Shown here in pieces: positions 38,855-50,537 of a stretch of DNA of 64,000 nt. The translations under genes and the position numbers were made by a program. The notes beneath the pieces are model-generated. The model did no database searches. It had not been told where the DNA came from and saw nothing but the letters and a program-made list of their open reading frames with translations. The DNA comes from an uncultured cyanobacterium. Its GTDB lineage: Bacteria > Cyanobacteriota > Cyanobacteriia > Cyanobacteriales > Cyanobacteriaceae. The stretch lies in assembly GCA_963749915.1 (NCBI GenBank), contig CAVVOP010000021.1, positions 480,001 to 544,000 of the forward strand, written 5' to 3'. Each line of letters begins with the position of its first letter. Positions within the stretch are counted from its first letter, which is position 1.

Positions 38855-39490
38855 CTATGTTTGATGTTCAAAAACGTTAGTATAATACATTAGATCTAAA
38901 TCAACAAACAGAGAAATAGTGTCAAAACACCTCTTGGCTAATTCCCAGCGATCCTCTCTCTGTAACATTGTAGTTAATTTCTGTCTTACGGGTATTAGAT
39001 AACGAACATCATTAGCCGCATAACTGAGTTGTGCGGGCGATAAACTGTTAACATTTCCCCAATCCGAACTTTGAGCTTTCTTATCTAACTCTACCCCCTC
39101 TAATTCTTGTACTAGACTTTTTAAACCATGGCTTTGAGTATAAGTACGGGCAATTTTACTGGCAATTTTTGTGCAAAAAACAGATTTTGTTTCGACATTA
39201 AAAGTATATTTGAATTGACCTACATCAAAACGGGCATAATGAAAAATTTTCGTAATAGCAGAAGATTCTAATAGTTGAGTCAAATTAGGTGCTGAAGTTT
39301 GTCCTTTGGCGATGCGAATGGCAGTAACAAAACCTTTGGGATCACATATTTGTACTAGGCAGAGGCGATCTCGCTGAGGCACTAAACCCATGGTTTCGGT
39401 ATCCACGGCTAAACATTCAGCTTGAAAATACTGATTAAAAATTTCCGAAGGCAAATCCCCTTCACAAACCAAAAACTTATCTAATGACAT
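38855..39490 (-). CDS. rnd: RNase D-like 3'-5' exonuclease
   Basis: AVDTETMGL, RLCLVQ, FHYARFD, SDW, YAANDV DEDD motifs. Confidence 0.88.
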   Translation of the reverse strand: MSLDKFLVCEGDLPSEIFNQYFQAECLAVDTETMGLVPQRDRLCLVQICDPKGFVTAIRIAKGQTSAPNLTQLLESSAITKIFHYARFDVGQFKYTFNVETKSVFCTKIASKIARTYTQSHGLKSLVQELEGVELDKKAQSSDWGNVNSLSPAQLSYAANDVRYLIPVRQKLTTMLQREDRWELAKRCFDTISLFVDLDLMYYTNVFEHQT

Positions 39491-39594
39491 AGATCTTTAA
39501 TAAAGGACAATGGACAGTTAATAATTGATAATTAAGGGAATAGGGACAAGGAAATCTTTATTATTACTTGTCCCTATCTCCAAACTCACGTTAA

Positions 39595-39900
39595 TTATTC
39601 CTGATCCTGATGACGAGGAGAAATTTGCTCGGCCTCAGGACAATCATCGGACACCAGTACATCAGCATAGCCACGAGGAACAGAGGCTAATTTACGACTA
39701 ATAGCACCAATGCTTTCAAGGCGTACAAATTCTTCCCACGAACTATTCTCGTAGTCTTCTTCCATTTCATATCGAATAGAAACTACATCGCCCTCGATGC
39801 CGATAATTTGTGCATCTTCAATCCAACGTTGTTGATCTCGCAGGAAGACAGAGACATCACAACCTTCTTTATACATCTGATAAATTTTGCGGTCTAACAT
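39595..39900 (-). CDS. Conserved cyanobacterial hypothetical protein
   Basis: 101-aa acidic ORF with AAGGAG RBS. Confidence 0.75.
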   Translation of the reverse strand: MLDRKIYQMYKEGCDVSVFLRDQQRWIEDAQIIGIEGDVVSIRYEMEEDYENSSWEEFVRLESIGAISRKLASVPRGYADVLVSDDCPEAEQISPRHQDQE

Positions 39901-40152
39901 ATACTTCTCCTTACACTGCTAAAGATCAAAATAATTTTTAGGATAATTGTAATGGTAAAACTTCTCAAGGTGAGTTTTTTTTTCAAAGTAGAGATAAATA
40001 AGAATGTCCATTGTAACTAATTTTTAGGACTTAAGTTAACAAAAACCCTTGAAACAGAGAAAAGCAAAAGCAATGAAGATAAACATTTGATGAGCATAAT
40101 TATTTTCAGGGTGAGACCAATTCTAAAATATTGAACTTATGAACTTGTTAAA

Positions 40153-41085
40153 CTATCGTAGCATTTTATTCCCATATATATTGTTTTGATAAGCTTGAAT
40201 AACATCAAAAGTGTATTCAGTTACGAGTTCTGTTTGTTCTAACATGGCAAAATGTCCGCATTCGTCAATTTCATAAACATTTTGTTCGCAATGTTGAAAA
40301 AGGGTATGAAAACTTGCTAAATGTTTTACGTATTGAGTTTCCATAATTTGATCTTGTTTCCCGGCGATAAAATATGCTGGTTGACGTAGACGGGATACTA
40401 TTTGCGGTAAGTAATGGACTTCATCCTCGGTTGTTGATTCTAATAGTGAACTGATGGCCGCCTGTTCATCTGCAAATAAAAAATCTTTAAGTCTTTGTTT
40501 TCCCCATTTAATTTCTAAGGGTTTTTTAACCATCATCCTTGCAAAAATAAAGTCAAAAAAAGGGACATTTAATAACCATTGAGGACGAAATTTAATGAGA
40601 TTTTCTCCTGCTTTGCGGAAACGTTCAAATTCTTCTTTCAGGTAGATTCCACCTCCGGCATTAATACAAATTACCCCCTCAACCATGTCGCAACAAACAT
40701 CCGCCCCCCACAAGGCAATACTGCCACCCAAAGAGTGACCGACAAGCCAAGCCTTATTTATTTTTAATTGTATTAGTAATTCCTTTAAGTCTTCAGCATA
40801 ACTATGTAAATTAAAGGACAGAGATAAATTTGTTAGTAGTGGTTGATTTTTGCCGCTATTTTCCCCTTTTATGAATGAAGATGGCAGTTGAGATTGACCA
40901 AATCCCTTTAAATCATAGGCTAAACAAGAATATTCACGTTTGAGTTGATTGATTAACGGTGCCCAATATTCATAACTTAGTAGCCATCCGTGAATGAAAA
41001 CCAGTACTGGTTTGGATGAGTCGGCAGATTCACTTTCGGTAAATTGATAAGAATGATCGACACCACGAATATTAATCTTATTCAT
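40153..41085 (-). CDS. Alpha/beta fold hydrolase
   Basis: FIHGW, DLKGFG, GHSLGG nucleophile elbow, CGHF. Confidence 0.9.
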   Translation of the reverse strand: MNKINIRGVDHSYQFTESESADSSKPVLVFIHGWLLSYEYWAPLINQLKREYSCLAYDLKGFGQSQLPSSFIKGENSGKNQPLLTNLSLSFNLHSYAEDLKELLIQLKINKAWLVGHSLGGSIALWGADVCCDMVEGVICINAGGGIYLKEEFERFRKAGENLIKFRPQWLLNVPFFDFIFARMMVKKPLEIKWGKQRLKDFLFADEQAAISSLLESTTEDEVHYLPQIVSRLRQPAYFIAGKQDQIMETQYVKHLASFHTLFQHCEQNVYEIDECGHFAMLEQTELVTEYTFDVIQAYQNNIYGNKMLR

Positions 41086-41334
41086 TGATTTAGCTGGGCT
41101 TGATTAATTCCTATGATCTTGGAGGAAATCAGTAAGTAAAATATGGGCTTTTCCACTTTCTCAATATAACCCACAATGGGGCGGAAAAAAAATTAAACCC
41201 CAACAACGTGAGTTCGATTTGGGATTGGAGGTTAATTGTGTCAATCTAATTCCAGATTTTGTTAAGTTCGTCAACAGTGGAATTGCCATGGCCGATCACC
41301 TATCCCACACTTTGCTAATGCACTACTCTAATTT

Positions 41335-42015
41335 TTAATTAATATTCCAACCCAAACGAGTGGGTTGTTGATAAATTTTTTTGAGAGTATTTATATCTTG
41401 GGGGGAAATAGTCGGAATTTCTCTTGTGTGGGAATGATACATTATATCTGCATTGTTTAAACTGTGTCCCCAAATACCGATGGCATGACCCAATTCATGA
41501 GTAATATTAGTTAGTAAATAGTCAAAAGTTTGATGGGGATTAACTTCAATCGTCATTTTGTGGCACAGTTGAGGCGTTTGAGTTTTCGTCAAGTAAAATT
41601 TTACCGTGGTCGTAGCCGCTTTTGCTCTTGGGAGGTTATATAATCCTGTGTCAGGGTTAATTTCTGCTTTAAACTCTGGATAACGACGATAAATCAGAAT
41701 ATCGGCATTTTCTGGGGTATCAACTTCTATTAATGGTAAATAAGGATTCCATGATGCGATCGCTATTTTAGAAGCTTTTTGCCATTCTTGAAACTGAGTT
41801 AAGCCAGCAGGAGATAAATCAGCATCAGGAGATTGTAGATAAACCTTAACAGGAAAATGTGACCAAATTAAATAACCGGCTAAATGAGGCTCAATTTCAC
41901 TAAAATAGTCTCCTTGGTTATGGGCGGTCCAATGTTGTAAGGAAACCGGTAAAGGATGAACTTGTAAAGGAGGTAAATTAGTATCTGTAGCCCTAACAGC
42001 ACGACTTAAATTCAC
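41335..42015 (-). CDS. Zinc metallopeptidase (matrixin-like)
   Basis: HELGHAIGIWGHS and Met-turn DIMY; the true start is probably further upstream (signal peptide). Confidence 0.85.
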   Translation of the reverse strand: MNLSRAVRATDTNLPPLQVHPLPVSLQHWTAHNQGDYFSEIEPHLAGYLIWSHFPVKVYLQSPDADLSPAGLTQFQEWQKASKIAIASWNPYLPLIEVDTPENADILIYRRYPEFKAEINPDTGLYNLPRAKAATTTVKFYLTKTQTPQLCHKMTIEVNPHQTFDYLLTNITHELGHAIGIWGHSLNNADIMYHSHTREIPTISPQDINTLKKIYQQPTRLGWNIN

Positions 42016-42203
42016 CAGTATTAAAGTAGCAAAAAAAACAACTAATATAGACTGTAATTGATTTTTAACTATCTGTTTAATAAGCCCCCCTAACCCAAAA
42101 TTGCGGTAAATTTTTCAAGATTATGTTGATTATTGATAATGAAAAATTTTAGCCTAATTTATTCCCCACAATGGGAGTTAGGGGCAAAACTAATTATCAA
42201 TTG

Positions 42204-42446
42204 TTAATTATTTAACCAACCAGCACTTAACACAACGGTTAAACTAATAAAGGTTAGGCTTAAAATCCATGTAATTCGATTAAGAGTTGCTTCGGCACTT
42301 TTCGTACTAGAAAAAAGTTGTGCTTGACCTCCAATGCCGCCTAATCCATCACCTTTGGGAGAATGTAATAAGACTAGAATTATTAACAGTGTGCAGGAAA
42401 CAACCCAAATAATTTGTACTAATTGATAAACGGTCATAATTGGCAA
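42204..42446 (-). CDS. secG: Preprotein translocase subunit SecG
   Basis: LVLLHSPKGDGLGGIGG..SAEATLNRITW. Confidence 0.93.
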   Translation of the reverse strand: MPIMTVYQLVQIIWVVSCTLLIILVLLHSPKGDGLGGIGGQAQLFSSTKSAEATLNRITWILSLTFISLTVVLSAGWLNN

Positions 42447-42516
42447 AATTTATTATTTTAACTACCCTATTATCTCAGATCTAGGACCCATTGAAGACAA
42501 TTACCCATAACTTCAT

Positions 42517-44115
42517 TTAAACCGATATGCTGACGGGAGTGCGATTTTGTTTCACTTCATATTCCGATGTTGTGATCAAAGATTCCCCCGTCATTTCCGG
42601 GGGTTTAGGCAATTGTAAAATATCAAGGATTGTGGGGGCAATATCTGCTAATTTGCCATTTTCTCGTAATTGCACATTATCACCATGACCAACTATTTTA
42701 CGTCCTTCTCCTTCAATTAAAATAAAGGGTACTTGATTTGTGGTATGTGCAGTCCAAGGATTACCATTTTCATCCTTCATATATTCTGCGTTACCATGAT
42801 CGGCTGTGATAATAACTGTGCCACCTACTCGGCTAATAGCCTCCAATAATTTACCCACACAAGTATCCACAGTTTCGATAGCTTGTTGAGCCTTATCTAA
42901 TTTGCCCGTATGACCTACCATATCAGGATTTGCATAGTTCATCACAATGAGAGAGTAAATTCCCTTAGCAATGGCCTTAGAAGCCACCTTGGTTAATTCT
43001 TCCGCCGACATAGCTGGTGCTTGATCATAGGTTGAAACCATGGGACTTTGTACTAATTCTCTGTCTTCACCTTCCAAAGGTTGTTCTAAACCACCATTAA
43101 AAAAGTAGGTTACATGAGGATATTTTTCCGTTTCCGAGGTGCGGAATTGTTTTAACCCGGCATTGGCGATAACTTCTCCGAGGATATTCGTAAGCTGCTG
43201 AGGTTCAAAGGCTACTTTTACGGGTAAATGGGGATCATATTGGGTGAAAGTAGCAAAACTAAGGTTATCAATTTTCTGTCGCTCAAAACCATTAAAATCA
43301 CCCATGGTGAAAGCATAACAGATTTGTCTAGCTCGATCAGGACGGAAATTATAAAAAATAACACCATCTCCCGAAGTTATTGCCCCTTCAGCGATGCGGG
43401 TGGGTTCGATAAATTCATCAGTTAGATCTTCCTTATAAGAGTCTTCAATGACTTGTACTGCACTTCTGCCATCCCCTGAACCTTCTGTGGTATATAAATC
43501 ATAAGCTTTTTTAATTCTATCCCAACGACGATCGCGATCCATCGCATAATAACGACCACATACAGTAACTATTTTACCAATACCAATTTTTTCTATATGC
43601 TCTTCAATAGCCCTAACATAATTTACCCCCTCATGGGTATTGGTATCTCTACCATCGGTAATAACATGAACACAAACTTTAGAAATACCCTGTAATTTGG
43701 CTAAGTCAAGTAAACCAAGTAAATGATCTAAATGAGAATGCACACCACCATCGGAACATAATCCCATCAGATGTAGCTTTCCCTTAGATTCGGTGACATC
43801 ATGGCAAATTTCTTCTAACACTGGATTTTTAAAAATTGATCCATCTTCTACGGCATCGGAAATTCTTACTAATTCCTGGGGAACAACTCGTCCTGCACCC
43901 AGATTCAAATGTCCCACTTCTGAGTTACCCATTTGCCCTTTAGGTAATCCAACGGCTTTTCCCGATGCGTTGATGAGGGTGTGAGGATACGCTTCCAATA
44001 AACTATCCATTACAGGAGTTTTTGCTAAGGCGATGGCATTATCTCGTGTGTCTTTCCGATAACCCCAACCATCCAGAATTACTAATACTACGGGGGAAAC
44101 TTGTGCTTGATACAT
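42517..44115 (-). CDS. gpmI: 2,3-bisphosphoglycerate-independent phosphoglycerate mutase
   Basis: ILDGWG, MGNSEVGH, YAMDRD, NPDMVGHTG, TADHGN; start placed at the MYQAQV ATG. Confidence 0.96.
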   Translation of the reverse strand: MYQAQVSPVVLVILDGWGYRKDTRDNAIALAKTPVMDSLLEAYPHTLINASGKAVGLPKGQMGNSEVGHLNLGAGRVVPQELVRISDAVEDGSIFKNPVLEEICHDVTESKGKLHLMGLCSDGGVHSHLDHLLGLLDLAKLQGISKVCVHVITDGRDTNTHEGVNYVRAIEEHIEKIGIGKIVTVCGRYYAMDRDRRWDRIKKAYDLYTTEGSGDGRSAVQVIEDSYKEDLTDEFIEPTRIAEGAITSGDGVIFYNFRPDRARQICYAFTMGDFNGFERQKIDNLSFATFTQYDPHLPVKVAFEPQQLTNILGEVIANAGLKQFRTSETEKYPHVTYFFNGGLEQPLEGEDRELVQSPMVSTYDQAPAMSAEELTKVASKAIAKGIYSLIVMNYANPDMVGHTGKLDKAQQAIETVDTCVGKLLEAISRVGGTVIITADHGNAEYMKDENGNPWTAHTTNQVPFILIEGEGRKIVGHGDNVQLRENGKLADIAPTILDILQLPKPPEMTGESLITTSEYEVKQNRTPVSISV

Positions 44116-44362
44116 AATTTTTATTGCTAATGATTGGAGCTTAATAATTAGTATTTTAATTGACACTCCCGCCGACAAATCAAATATTTTGTAGGGGGAT
44201 TTTTGCTACTGTTCCTCTTAACTAGGCAAAAGATCCGAGCATAATACATTATAGTCCTGCTAATGCCCCTGTCAGACCGAATCCACAGACATTTTATTTT
44301 TAAGGATAATTATAACAACATTTTCTTGGGGAGGTTCAGGGGGTTAATAAACTAATGATTTA

Positions 44363-45469
44363 TTACTCAAAGCCCATAATTCGAGCTACTTCTTGTAAAT
44401 CCGCTTTTATTCCCGATCTAATGCCCAGTTCGCTAGTTTTCATGGCATTATCAGGGTCTTTTAAACCGTTGCCAGTTAAAACACAAACTACTGTACTATT
44501 ATCAGGAATTTGATCTTTTAATTTCAACACCCCTGCCACTGATGCCGCACTTGCCGGTTCACAAAAAACCCCTTCATCTCTACCTAAAATACGATAGGCC
44601 TCTAAAATTTCACTGTCAGTAACGGCATTAAATTCCCCTTGAGAAGCCTCTTTTACCCCTAAAGCCTTTTCCCAATTGGCGGGATTACCAATTCTGATAG
44701 CGGTGGCTATGGTTTCTGGTTTTAAGACTTGATGTCCTTCCACAAAAGGGGCGGATCCAGCTGCTTGAAATCCCATCATCCGCGGTAAAGTATCACATCT
44801 ATTTTCGCTGTGATACTGACAAAAACCCATCCAATAAGCAGTAATGTTCCCGGCATTACCGACAGGAATCGCTAACCAATCAGGTGCATAGCCTAAAGTA
44901 TCTACCACTTCAAATGCTGCCGTTTTTTGGCCTTCTAAACGATAAGGGTTAACAGAATTGACAAGGGTGACGGGGTAATTATCGGCAATTTCCCGCACAA
45001 TGGTTAAAGCATGGTCAAAATTTGCCTCAATTGCTAATACTTCCGCCCCATAAATTAAGGCTTGAGCTAATTTTCCCAAAGCCACATAACCATCGGGGAT
45101 AATCACAAATGCTTTCATTCCTGCCCTTGTAGCGTAGGCAGCGGCAGAGGCTGATGTATTACCAGTACTAGCACAAATTACGGCCTTTGCCCCTGCTTCT
45201 TTGGCTTTAGAGATTGCCATAGTCATGCCCCGATCTTTAAATGACCCGGTGGGATTTAATCCATCATACTTAACAAATACTTTTATGTTACGACCGATCA
45301 TTTTTGAGATAATAGGGACACTTATTAAGGGAGTGTTTCCTTCTCTCAATGTAATAATGGGTGTTGCTAGAGTTACGGGTAAATAAGATTTATATTCTTC
45401 AATTAAACCTTTCCAGCCTGTTCTGAGATGATGATTTGTATGGGGGTGATGAATTTTCGTCGCTACCAC
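44363..45469 (-). CDS. thrC: Threonine synthase
   Basis: [13 protein letters not shown] lysine, [18 protein letters not shown]. Confidence 0.95.
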   Translation of the reverse strand: MVATKIHHPHTNHHLRTGWKGLIEEYKSYLPVTLATPIITLREGNTPLISVPIISKMIGRNIKVFVKYDGLNPTGSFKDRGMTMAISKAKEAGAKAVICASTGNTSASAAAYATRAGMKAFVIIPDGYVALGKLAQALIYGAEVLAIEANFDHALTIVREIADNYPVTLVNSVNPYRLEGQKTAAFEVVDTLGYAPDWLAIPVGNAGNITAYWMGFCQYHSENRCDTLPRMMGFQAAGSAPFVEGHQVLKPETIATAIRIGNPANWEKALGVKEASQGEFNAVTDSEILEAYRILGRDEGVFCEPASAASVAGVLKLKDQIPDNSTVVCVLTGNGLKDPDNAMKTSELGIRSGIKADLQEVARIMGFE

Positions 45470-45634
45470 GGGCGTTAAATCTAAATAGACAATAGACTTA
45501 ATTATGACATAATATCTTCACCTTTACACTTCTATTTTTAATTGAGATCTTGCACCCAAAGCATAAATCTTTGGAGATCGATATTACTATGATTGTTGAA
45601 CTAAAAATATGCAAATATTAAAAACTCTAAATTA

Positions 45635-46450
45635 ATGTTTAAATCATTTGAATTATCCGGTATTGGGCTTCATTCAGGAGAAAAAACCACGGTTAGAATT
45701 TCCCCCGCCAAAAAGGGCAAAGGGCGTTATTTTGTGAGAGTAGATTTACCGAATAAACCGATTATCCCTGCCACTATAGAATCGCTTGCCACAACTACCC
45801 TTTCCACAGAATTGAGTAATGGAGATGCCAAAATTAGAACTGTTGAGCATTTATTAGCATCTTTAATGGCTTGTGGTATTGATGATGCTCAAATTGAGAT
45901 TGATGGATCTGAAGTTCCTTTGTTAGACGGTTCCGCACAAATATGGGTAAATCACCTAGATTACATTTCTGACAAGCCTTTTGAATCGGCAACTGAGACT
46001 GTCACGGAAGCTATTTGGGTCAGAAAAGATGATGCTTTTTGCGCTGTGTTACCTTCCTCAGAAATAAAATTTAGTTATGGTGTTGACTTTCCTTATCCTG
46101 TATTGGAAAATCAATGGTTTAGTTGGTATCCTCAACGAGAAAGTTTTGCAACTGCCATCGCACCTGCCCGTACTTTTGGCTTTGCAGATCAAATTCAACA
46201 ATTGCAAGAAGCTGGTTTAATAAAAGGGGGTAGCTTAGAAAATGCCCTAGTCTGCGATAAAAATGGTTGGGTAAATCCGCCTTTGAGATTTGAAAACGAA
46301 GCCGTTAGACATAAATTATTAGATTTAATTGGTGATTTAAGTTTATTGGGCAAAATTCCCCGTGCGCATTATTTAGCTTATAAAGCCAGTCATCAACTGC
46401 ATACACAATTAGCAAAAAAGATCAAAAAATCTTTAATAATCAGGAATTAG
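45635..46450 (+). CDS. lpxC: UDP-3-O-acyl-N-acetylglucosamine deacetylase
   Basis: [31 protein letters not shown]. Confidence 0.95.
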   Translation: MFKSFELSGIGLHSGEKTTVRISPAKKGKGRYFVRVDLPNKPIIPATIESLATTTLSTELSNGDAKIRTVEHLLASLMACGIDDAQIEIDGSEVPLLDGSAQIWVNHLDYISDKPFESATETVTEAIWVRKDDAFCAVLPSSEIKFSYGVDFPYPVLENQWFSWYPQRESFATAIAPARTFGFADQIQQLQEAGLIKGGSLENALVCDKNGWVNPPLRFENEAVRHKLLDLIGDLSLLGKIPRAHYLAYKASHQLHTQLAKKIKKSLIIRN

Positions 46451-46746
46451 GAGTTACTAATAATTGTCGAGGCACAATTTTGTTGATAATTATTTGCCCA
46501 TAGTAAATAGTAATAACTATGTCATGATTCTGCCCATGATTGTTGATCTATAAAATTTAGATGCGTTCGCCCTGTTACTCAATGTTCGTTGGTATCTTAG
46601 ATACCCCCGATTTCACTCATAATATATTTTGAGTTGTGGAAAGTAGATCACACAACTAATATTTTTCTTTTCTTAGATAATGGATATTTGATTAATATAA
46701 TAGTTAATCATTAATCGTCAAGCTTTAATTTCAGAGGAGGAAAAAC

Positions 46747-47007
46747 ATGATCCCTAGTATCAGCAATGATGGTCAAGCAAACGTAACCAAGGGTGTTCCA
46801 GATTTATTAGATCCTAATATGCTTAAGTCGGCGAAGGAAATCTATCAAACTTACTGCCATTTTCACCTTAAATTAGCTAAAGCACCTATCGGGGTGGCAA
46901 TCGATCGCAAAACTCATCGGGGTCAATTATTATTTACTAAACGTCCCATTTTATTGCCTTGGGAGAATTTTATTCCTATTAATCAAATAGAATCCGAAAC
47001 TTATTAA
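46747..47007 (+). CDS. Conserved cyanobacterial hypothetical protein
   Basis: 86-aa ORF with strong GAGGAGG RBS. Confidence 0.7.
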   Translation: MIPSISNDGQANVTKGVPDLLDPNMLKSAKEIYQTYCHFHLKLAKAPIGVAIDRKTHRGQLLFTKRPILLPWENFIPINQIESETY

Positions 47008-47196
47008 ATCAAATTTTAAATTCTCGGAATCTACCTGCAAATTATTGTTGTAACTGAACAGGGCACAAATTCGGTATTTTTTCCTTGACACTGAAGCCTC
47101 TTTTTTCGTAACACAATTGTTTTTTATTGGGATCTGAATCCCAGGATGAAAAAACTAAATAGGTATAGATTAATAACATTAATTAAAGTAAAAATC

Positions 47197-47652
47197 ATGA
47201 GTTTAAAAGATCAAATTGGAGAAGATCTAAAATCAGCGATGAAAGCCAAAGATAAAATTCGCTTGGAAACCGTCAGAAGTATTAAAAAAGTTTTATTGGA
47301 GAAAGAAGTGGAATTACGAGGAAAAGGAGGAGTTACTTTAACCCTTGAGGATGAAATTGAAATTTTATTACAACAAGCCAAACAAAGACGAGATTCCATT
47401 GAACAGTATCTTCAAGGGGGTAGAGAAGATTTAGCAGATAAGGAAAAGGCAGAATTAGACATTATTGAAACTTATCTTCCTGCACAAATTTCCGATACTG
47501 AATTAGAAGAAATTATTACTAATATTATTACTCAGGTGGGAGCAAGTAACATCAAAGATTTAGGAAAAGTGATGGGAGTTGCCATAAAAGAATTAAAAGG
47601 CAAAGCCGACGGAAAAAAAATTCAAGAGTTAGTAAAATCGAAGTTAATTTAA
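47197..47652 (+). CDS. GatB/YqeY domain protein
   Basis: MSLKDQIGEDLKSAMKAKDK, KQRRDSIEQY, DLGKVMG, GKADG. Confidence 0.92.
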   Translation: MSLKDQIGEDLKSAMKAKDKIRLETVRSIKKVLLEKEVELRGKGGVTLTLEDEIEILLQQAKQRRDSIEQYLQGGREDLADKEKAELDIIETYLPAQISDTELEEIITNIITQVGASNIKDLGKVMGVAIKELKGKADGKKIQELVKSKLI

Positions 47653-47654
47653 CT

Positions 47655-47945
47655 TTAATCCATTGTGTAAAATTCAATATTGGGGATAAGTATGTCTTGG
47701 ACTATACCTATTCCCGAAAATCCCCATCTTGATAATAACAATTTTAGTTGAGGAGAAGAAACGGACTCTACAGTAAATTGATCCTTATATTCTGGACCAT
47801 GATGATTAATATAACCTAGAGCATCAAAGTCCTCTTTAAAAACAAATAAATAAGTTTTTTTTTCGCACTCTTGACTATCAATATTTGCGACTAAATATTT
47901 GCCATCTTGTTTGGATCTTAATACATAACAAATTTCATTGAACAT
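47655..47945 (-). CDS. Conserved cyanobacterial hypothetical protein
   Basis: 96-aa ORF filling the space between genes. Confidence 0.7.
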   Translation of the reverse strand: MFNEICYVLRSKQDGKYLVANIDSQECEKKTYLFVFKEDFDALGYINHHGPEYKDQFTVESVSSPQLKLLLSRWGFSGIGIVQDILIPNIEFYTMD

Positions 47946-48035
47946 AGATAATAATTAATAGTTAAAAATTGTTTTTTTTGTTTTTGATAGATAAATTAAA
48001 ACTTAACTCATTCCCCATAAAGTTAAACTATAATC

Positions 48036-49484
48036 ATGAAGCATTATTCATTTTTTATTTTAAGTTATTTTTTTCTGTTTTTGCCTTTACCGATAACGGC
48101 TCAACAATCCCCTAAAACCACAGAGAAAAAAGTTTGTGTAAGTAATCTCAATAATGAAATCAATTCCATTATTAATCAACCTTCTCGACAACAAGAAAAT
48201 TGGGGAATTGTAGTTCAAAGTATTAAAGGTAATGAGGTTTTATATGAGTTGAATAGTAATAAATATTTCATCCCTGCTTCTAACACTAAATTATTAATCA
48301 CTGCCGCCGCTTTGTTAAAATTAGGCTCAGATTTTGAAATTAAGACCCCTGTTTATATTCAGAGGGAATCACCCAATGTAAATAATTTAATTATTCAAGG
48401 GAAAGGCGATCCCACTTTCACAAAAAAACAGCTAGAAGTTATAGCTCAAAAATTACAAAAACAAGGGATCAAAGAAATTAATAATCTAGTTTTAATGGAT
48501 GGTTATCTATCATCGCCAACGACTAATTATACTTGGGAATTTGAAGATATTTACTTTTATTTTGCTGTGCCTGTTAATAGTTTAATTCTTGAAAATAACA
48601 CCGTTAATTTAACCTTAAACCATAGCAATATTAACGAAAAGCCATCTCTAACGTGGTCAGATGAATTAGCTGGAAAGCAATGGGTCATCGAAAATAAAGT
48701 TTATACTAGAGATCAAAACACAGAATATAATGTAACGATAAATCCTTTATTTGCCCAATCAGCTTTAGAACTGAGAGGAGATTTGCCAATAAATACAAAG
48801 GATAATATTTGGCACTTATCTATTCCTAAACCTGCTGAGTATTTTCAAGATTCATTGATAGAAATTTTGACTAGTTACGAGATTAAAATAAAAGATACTC
48901 AGATTGTTATTGTTAATAGTAAAGATAATCTGCAGGGAAAAAATCAACAACTATTTTTAGAAATAAATTCTCTTATTTTAGCAGAATTAATCAAAACGAC
49001 TAACCAAGAAAGTAACAATTTATATGCGGAAGTTTTGCTAAAATATTTGGGAGATGAATCCTTAAATGAATTTGAATCTTTAGCTAAAATCATGGATAAT
49101 TTTGGACTATCTTCTAATAATTATAAACTGAGGGATGGTTCAGGTTTATCCCGTCATAATTTAATCACCCCTGAAGCCCTAGTTACTTTATTAAAGTTAA
49201 TGGATAGTAGTGATTATAAGGATATTTTTCGTGATTCCCTAAGTATAGCAGGAGTAAATGGCACATTAAAAAATAGATACAAAGACACGAACATCGCCAA
49301 TAATTTAGCAGCAAAAACAGGTACTTTAACAGGAGTGTCGGCCCTATCTGGATATTTAAAAACCGATAGCTATGGAGATTTAGTCTTGACTATTATTGTT
49401 AACCAATCAACAGCAAATTCAGTGACTTTAGGAAGTACAATTGATGAAATTGTTTTTTTATTAGGACAACTAGAAAAATGTTAA
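48036..49484 (+). CDS. dacB: D-alanyl-D-alanine carboxypeptidase/endopeptidase (PBP4)
   Basis: PASNTK (SxxK), SNN, DGSGLSR, KTGTL motifs; signal peptide. Confidence 0.93.
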   Translation: MKHYSFFILSYFFLFLPLPITAQQSPKTTEKKVCVSNLNNEINSIINQPSRQQENWGIVVQSIKGNEVLYELNSNKYFIPASNTKLLITAAALLKLGSDFEIKTPVYIQRESPNVNNLIIQGKGDPTFTKKQLEVIAQKLQKQGIKEINNLVLMDGYLSSPTTNYTWEFEDIYFYFAVPVNSLILENNTVNLTLNHSNINEKPSLTWSDELAGKQWVIENKVYTRDQNTEYNVTINPLFAQSALELRGDLPINTKDNIWHLSIPKPAEYFQDSLIEILTSYEIKIKDTQIVIVNSKDNLQGKNQQLFLEINSLILAELIKTTNQESNNLYAEVLLKYLGDESLNEFESLAKIMDNFGLSSNNYKLRDGSGLSRHNLITPEALVTLLKLMDSSDYKDIFRDSLSIAGVNGTLKNRYKDTNIANNLAAKTGTLTGVSALSGYLKTDSYGDLVLTIIVNQSTANSVTLGSTIDEIVFLLGQLEKC

Positions 49485-49627
49485 TCATGGCTTTATTCGT
49501 GATATATAATAATAGGCAAAAGCTCAATTAATTTTTGTTATTAACCAGAAATTTAAAATATAATAATTGTCAATTGTTAACTGTCAATGATCCATTCATT
49601 ATCAATTATTAAAGGAGAATTAAAACC

Positions 49628-50221
49628 ATTTTTACACCCCCATTAGCACGATTAATCGAACAATTGCAAAAATTACCCGGCGTCGGACCAAAAAGTGCAC
49701 AAAGATTAGCCTTTCATATCCTCAAACGTGCTGATAAAGATGCCGAAGCCTTAGCCCAAGCTATTCTTGATGCAAAAAGAAAAGTTGGGTTCTGTCAACG
49801 GTGTTTTCATTTATCCGCTGATAGTATTTGTGAAATTTGCCGTAATTTAAATCGAGACCAAGATGTCATTTGCGTGGTAGAAGACTCTAAAGACTTGATA
49901 GCCTTAGAAAAAACTAGAGAATATCAAGGTTTATATCACGTGTTAGGAGGGATCATTTCTCCTATGGATGGCATTACCCCTGAACAACTTAACATTCAAA
50001 CCTTAATACAAAGAGTCGGACAAGGTAATATAAAAGAAGTGATTATGGCGATCAGTCCTAGTATCGAAGGAGAAACAACTACTTTATATGTAGGTCAACT
50101 ATTGAAGCCATTTACGAAAGTAACCCGCATTGCCTTTGGTTTACCTATGGGAGGAGATCTGGAATATGCGGACGAAGTGACTTTAGCAAGGGCATTAGAA
50201 GGGCGTAGAGATCTTGATTAG
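49628..50221 (+). CDS. recR: Recombination mediator RecR (probable ATT start)
   Basis: [14 protein letters not shown]4 zinc finger, Toprim; the frame extends upstream to ATT at 49628 behind AAGGAG. Confidence 0.93.
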   Translation: MFTPPLARLIEQLQKLPGVGPKSAQRLAFHILKRADKDAEALAQAILDAKRKVGFCQRCFHLSADSICEICRNLNRDQDVICVVEDSKDLIALEKTREYQGLYHVLGGIISPMDGITPEQLNIQTLIQRVGQGNIKEVIMAISPSIEGETTTLYVGQLLKPFTKVTRIAFGLPMGGDLEYADEVTLARALEGRRDLD

Positions 50222-50537
50222 ACCCTTTATAAAATAAAAGTTAATACTAAAAGCTCCCCAACCCCCTAGGAGGGGGAGTAACTTCGGAGAGTACTGCGGG
50301 GAGAGCTTAATAGACAATTAACAATTAACAATTAATGATTCATTCTATCCTAAATCTCCAGTGATTGTCAACCTAAACTCTTAAAATTTCAAAATAAAAT
50401 AATCTATCCCATGGAAATGGTCATAAAACTACATTTAAGGTAACATTGGAGAGTGAATAAACAGTATGATTTACTTCACACTTTGGATTAAAAATCTTTA
50501 TTATTGAATTTTTTAGTATTTAAACAGTTAACTTCTT

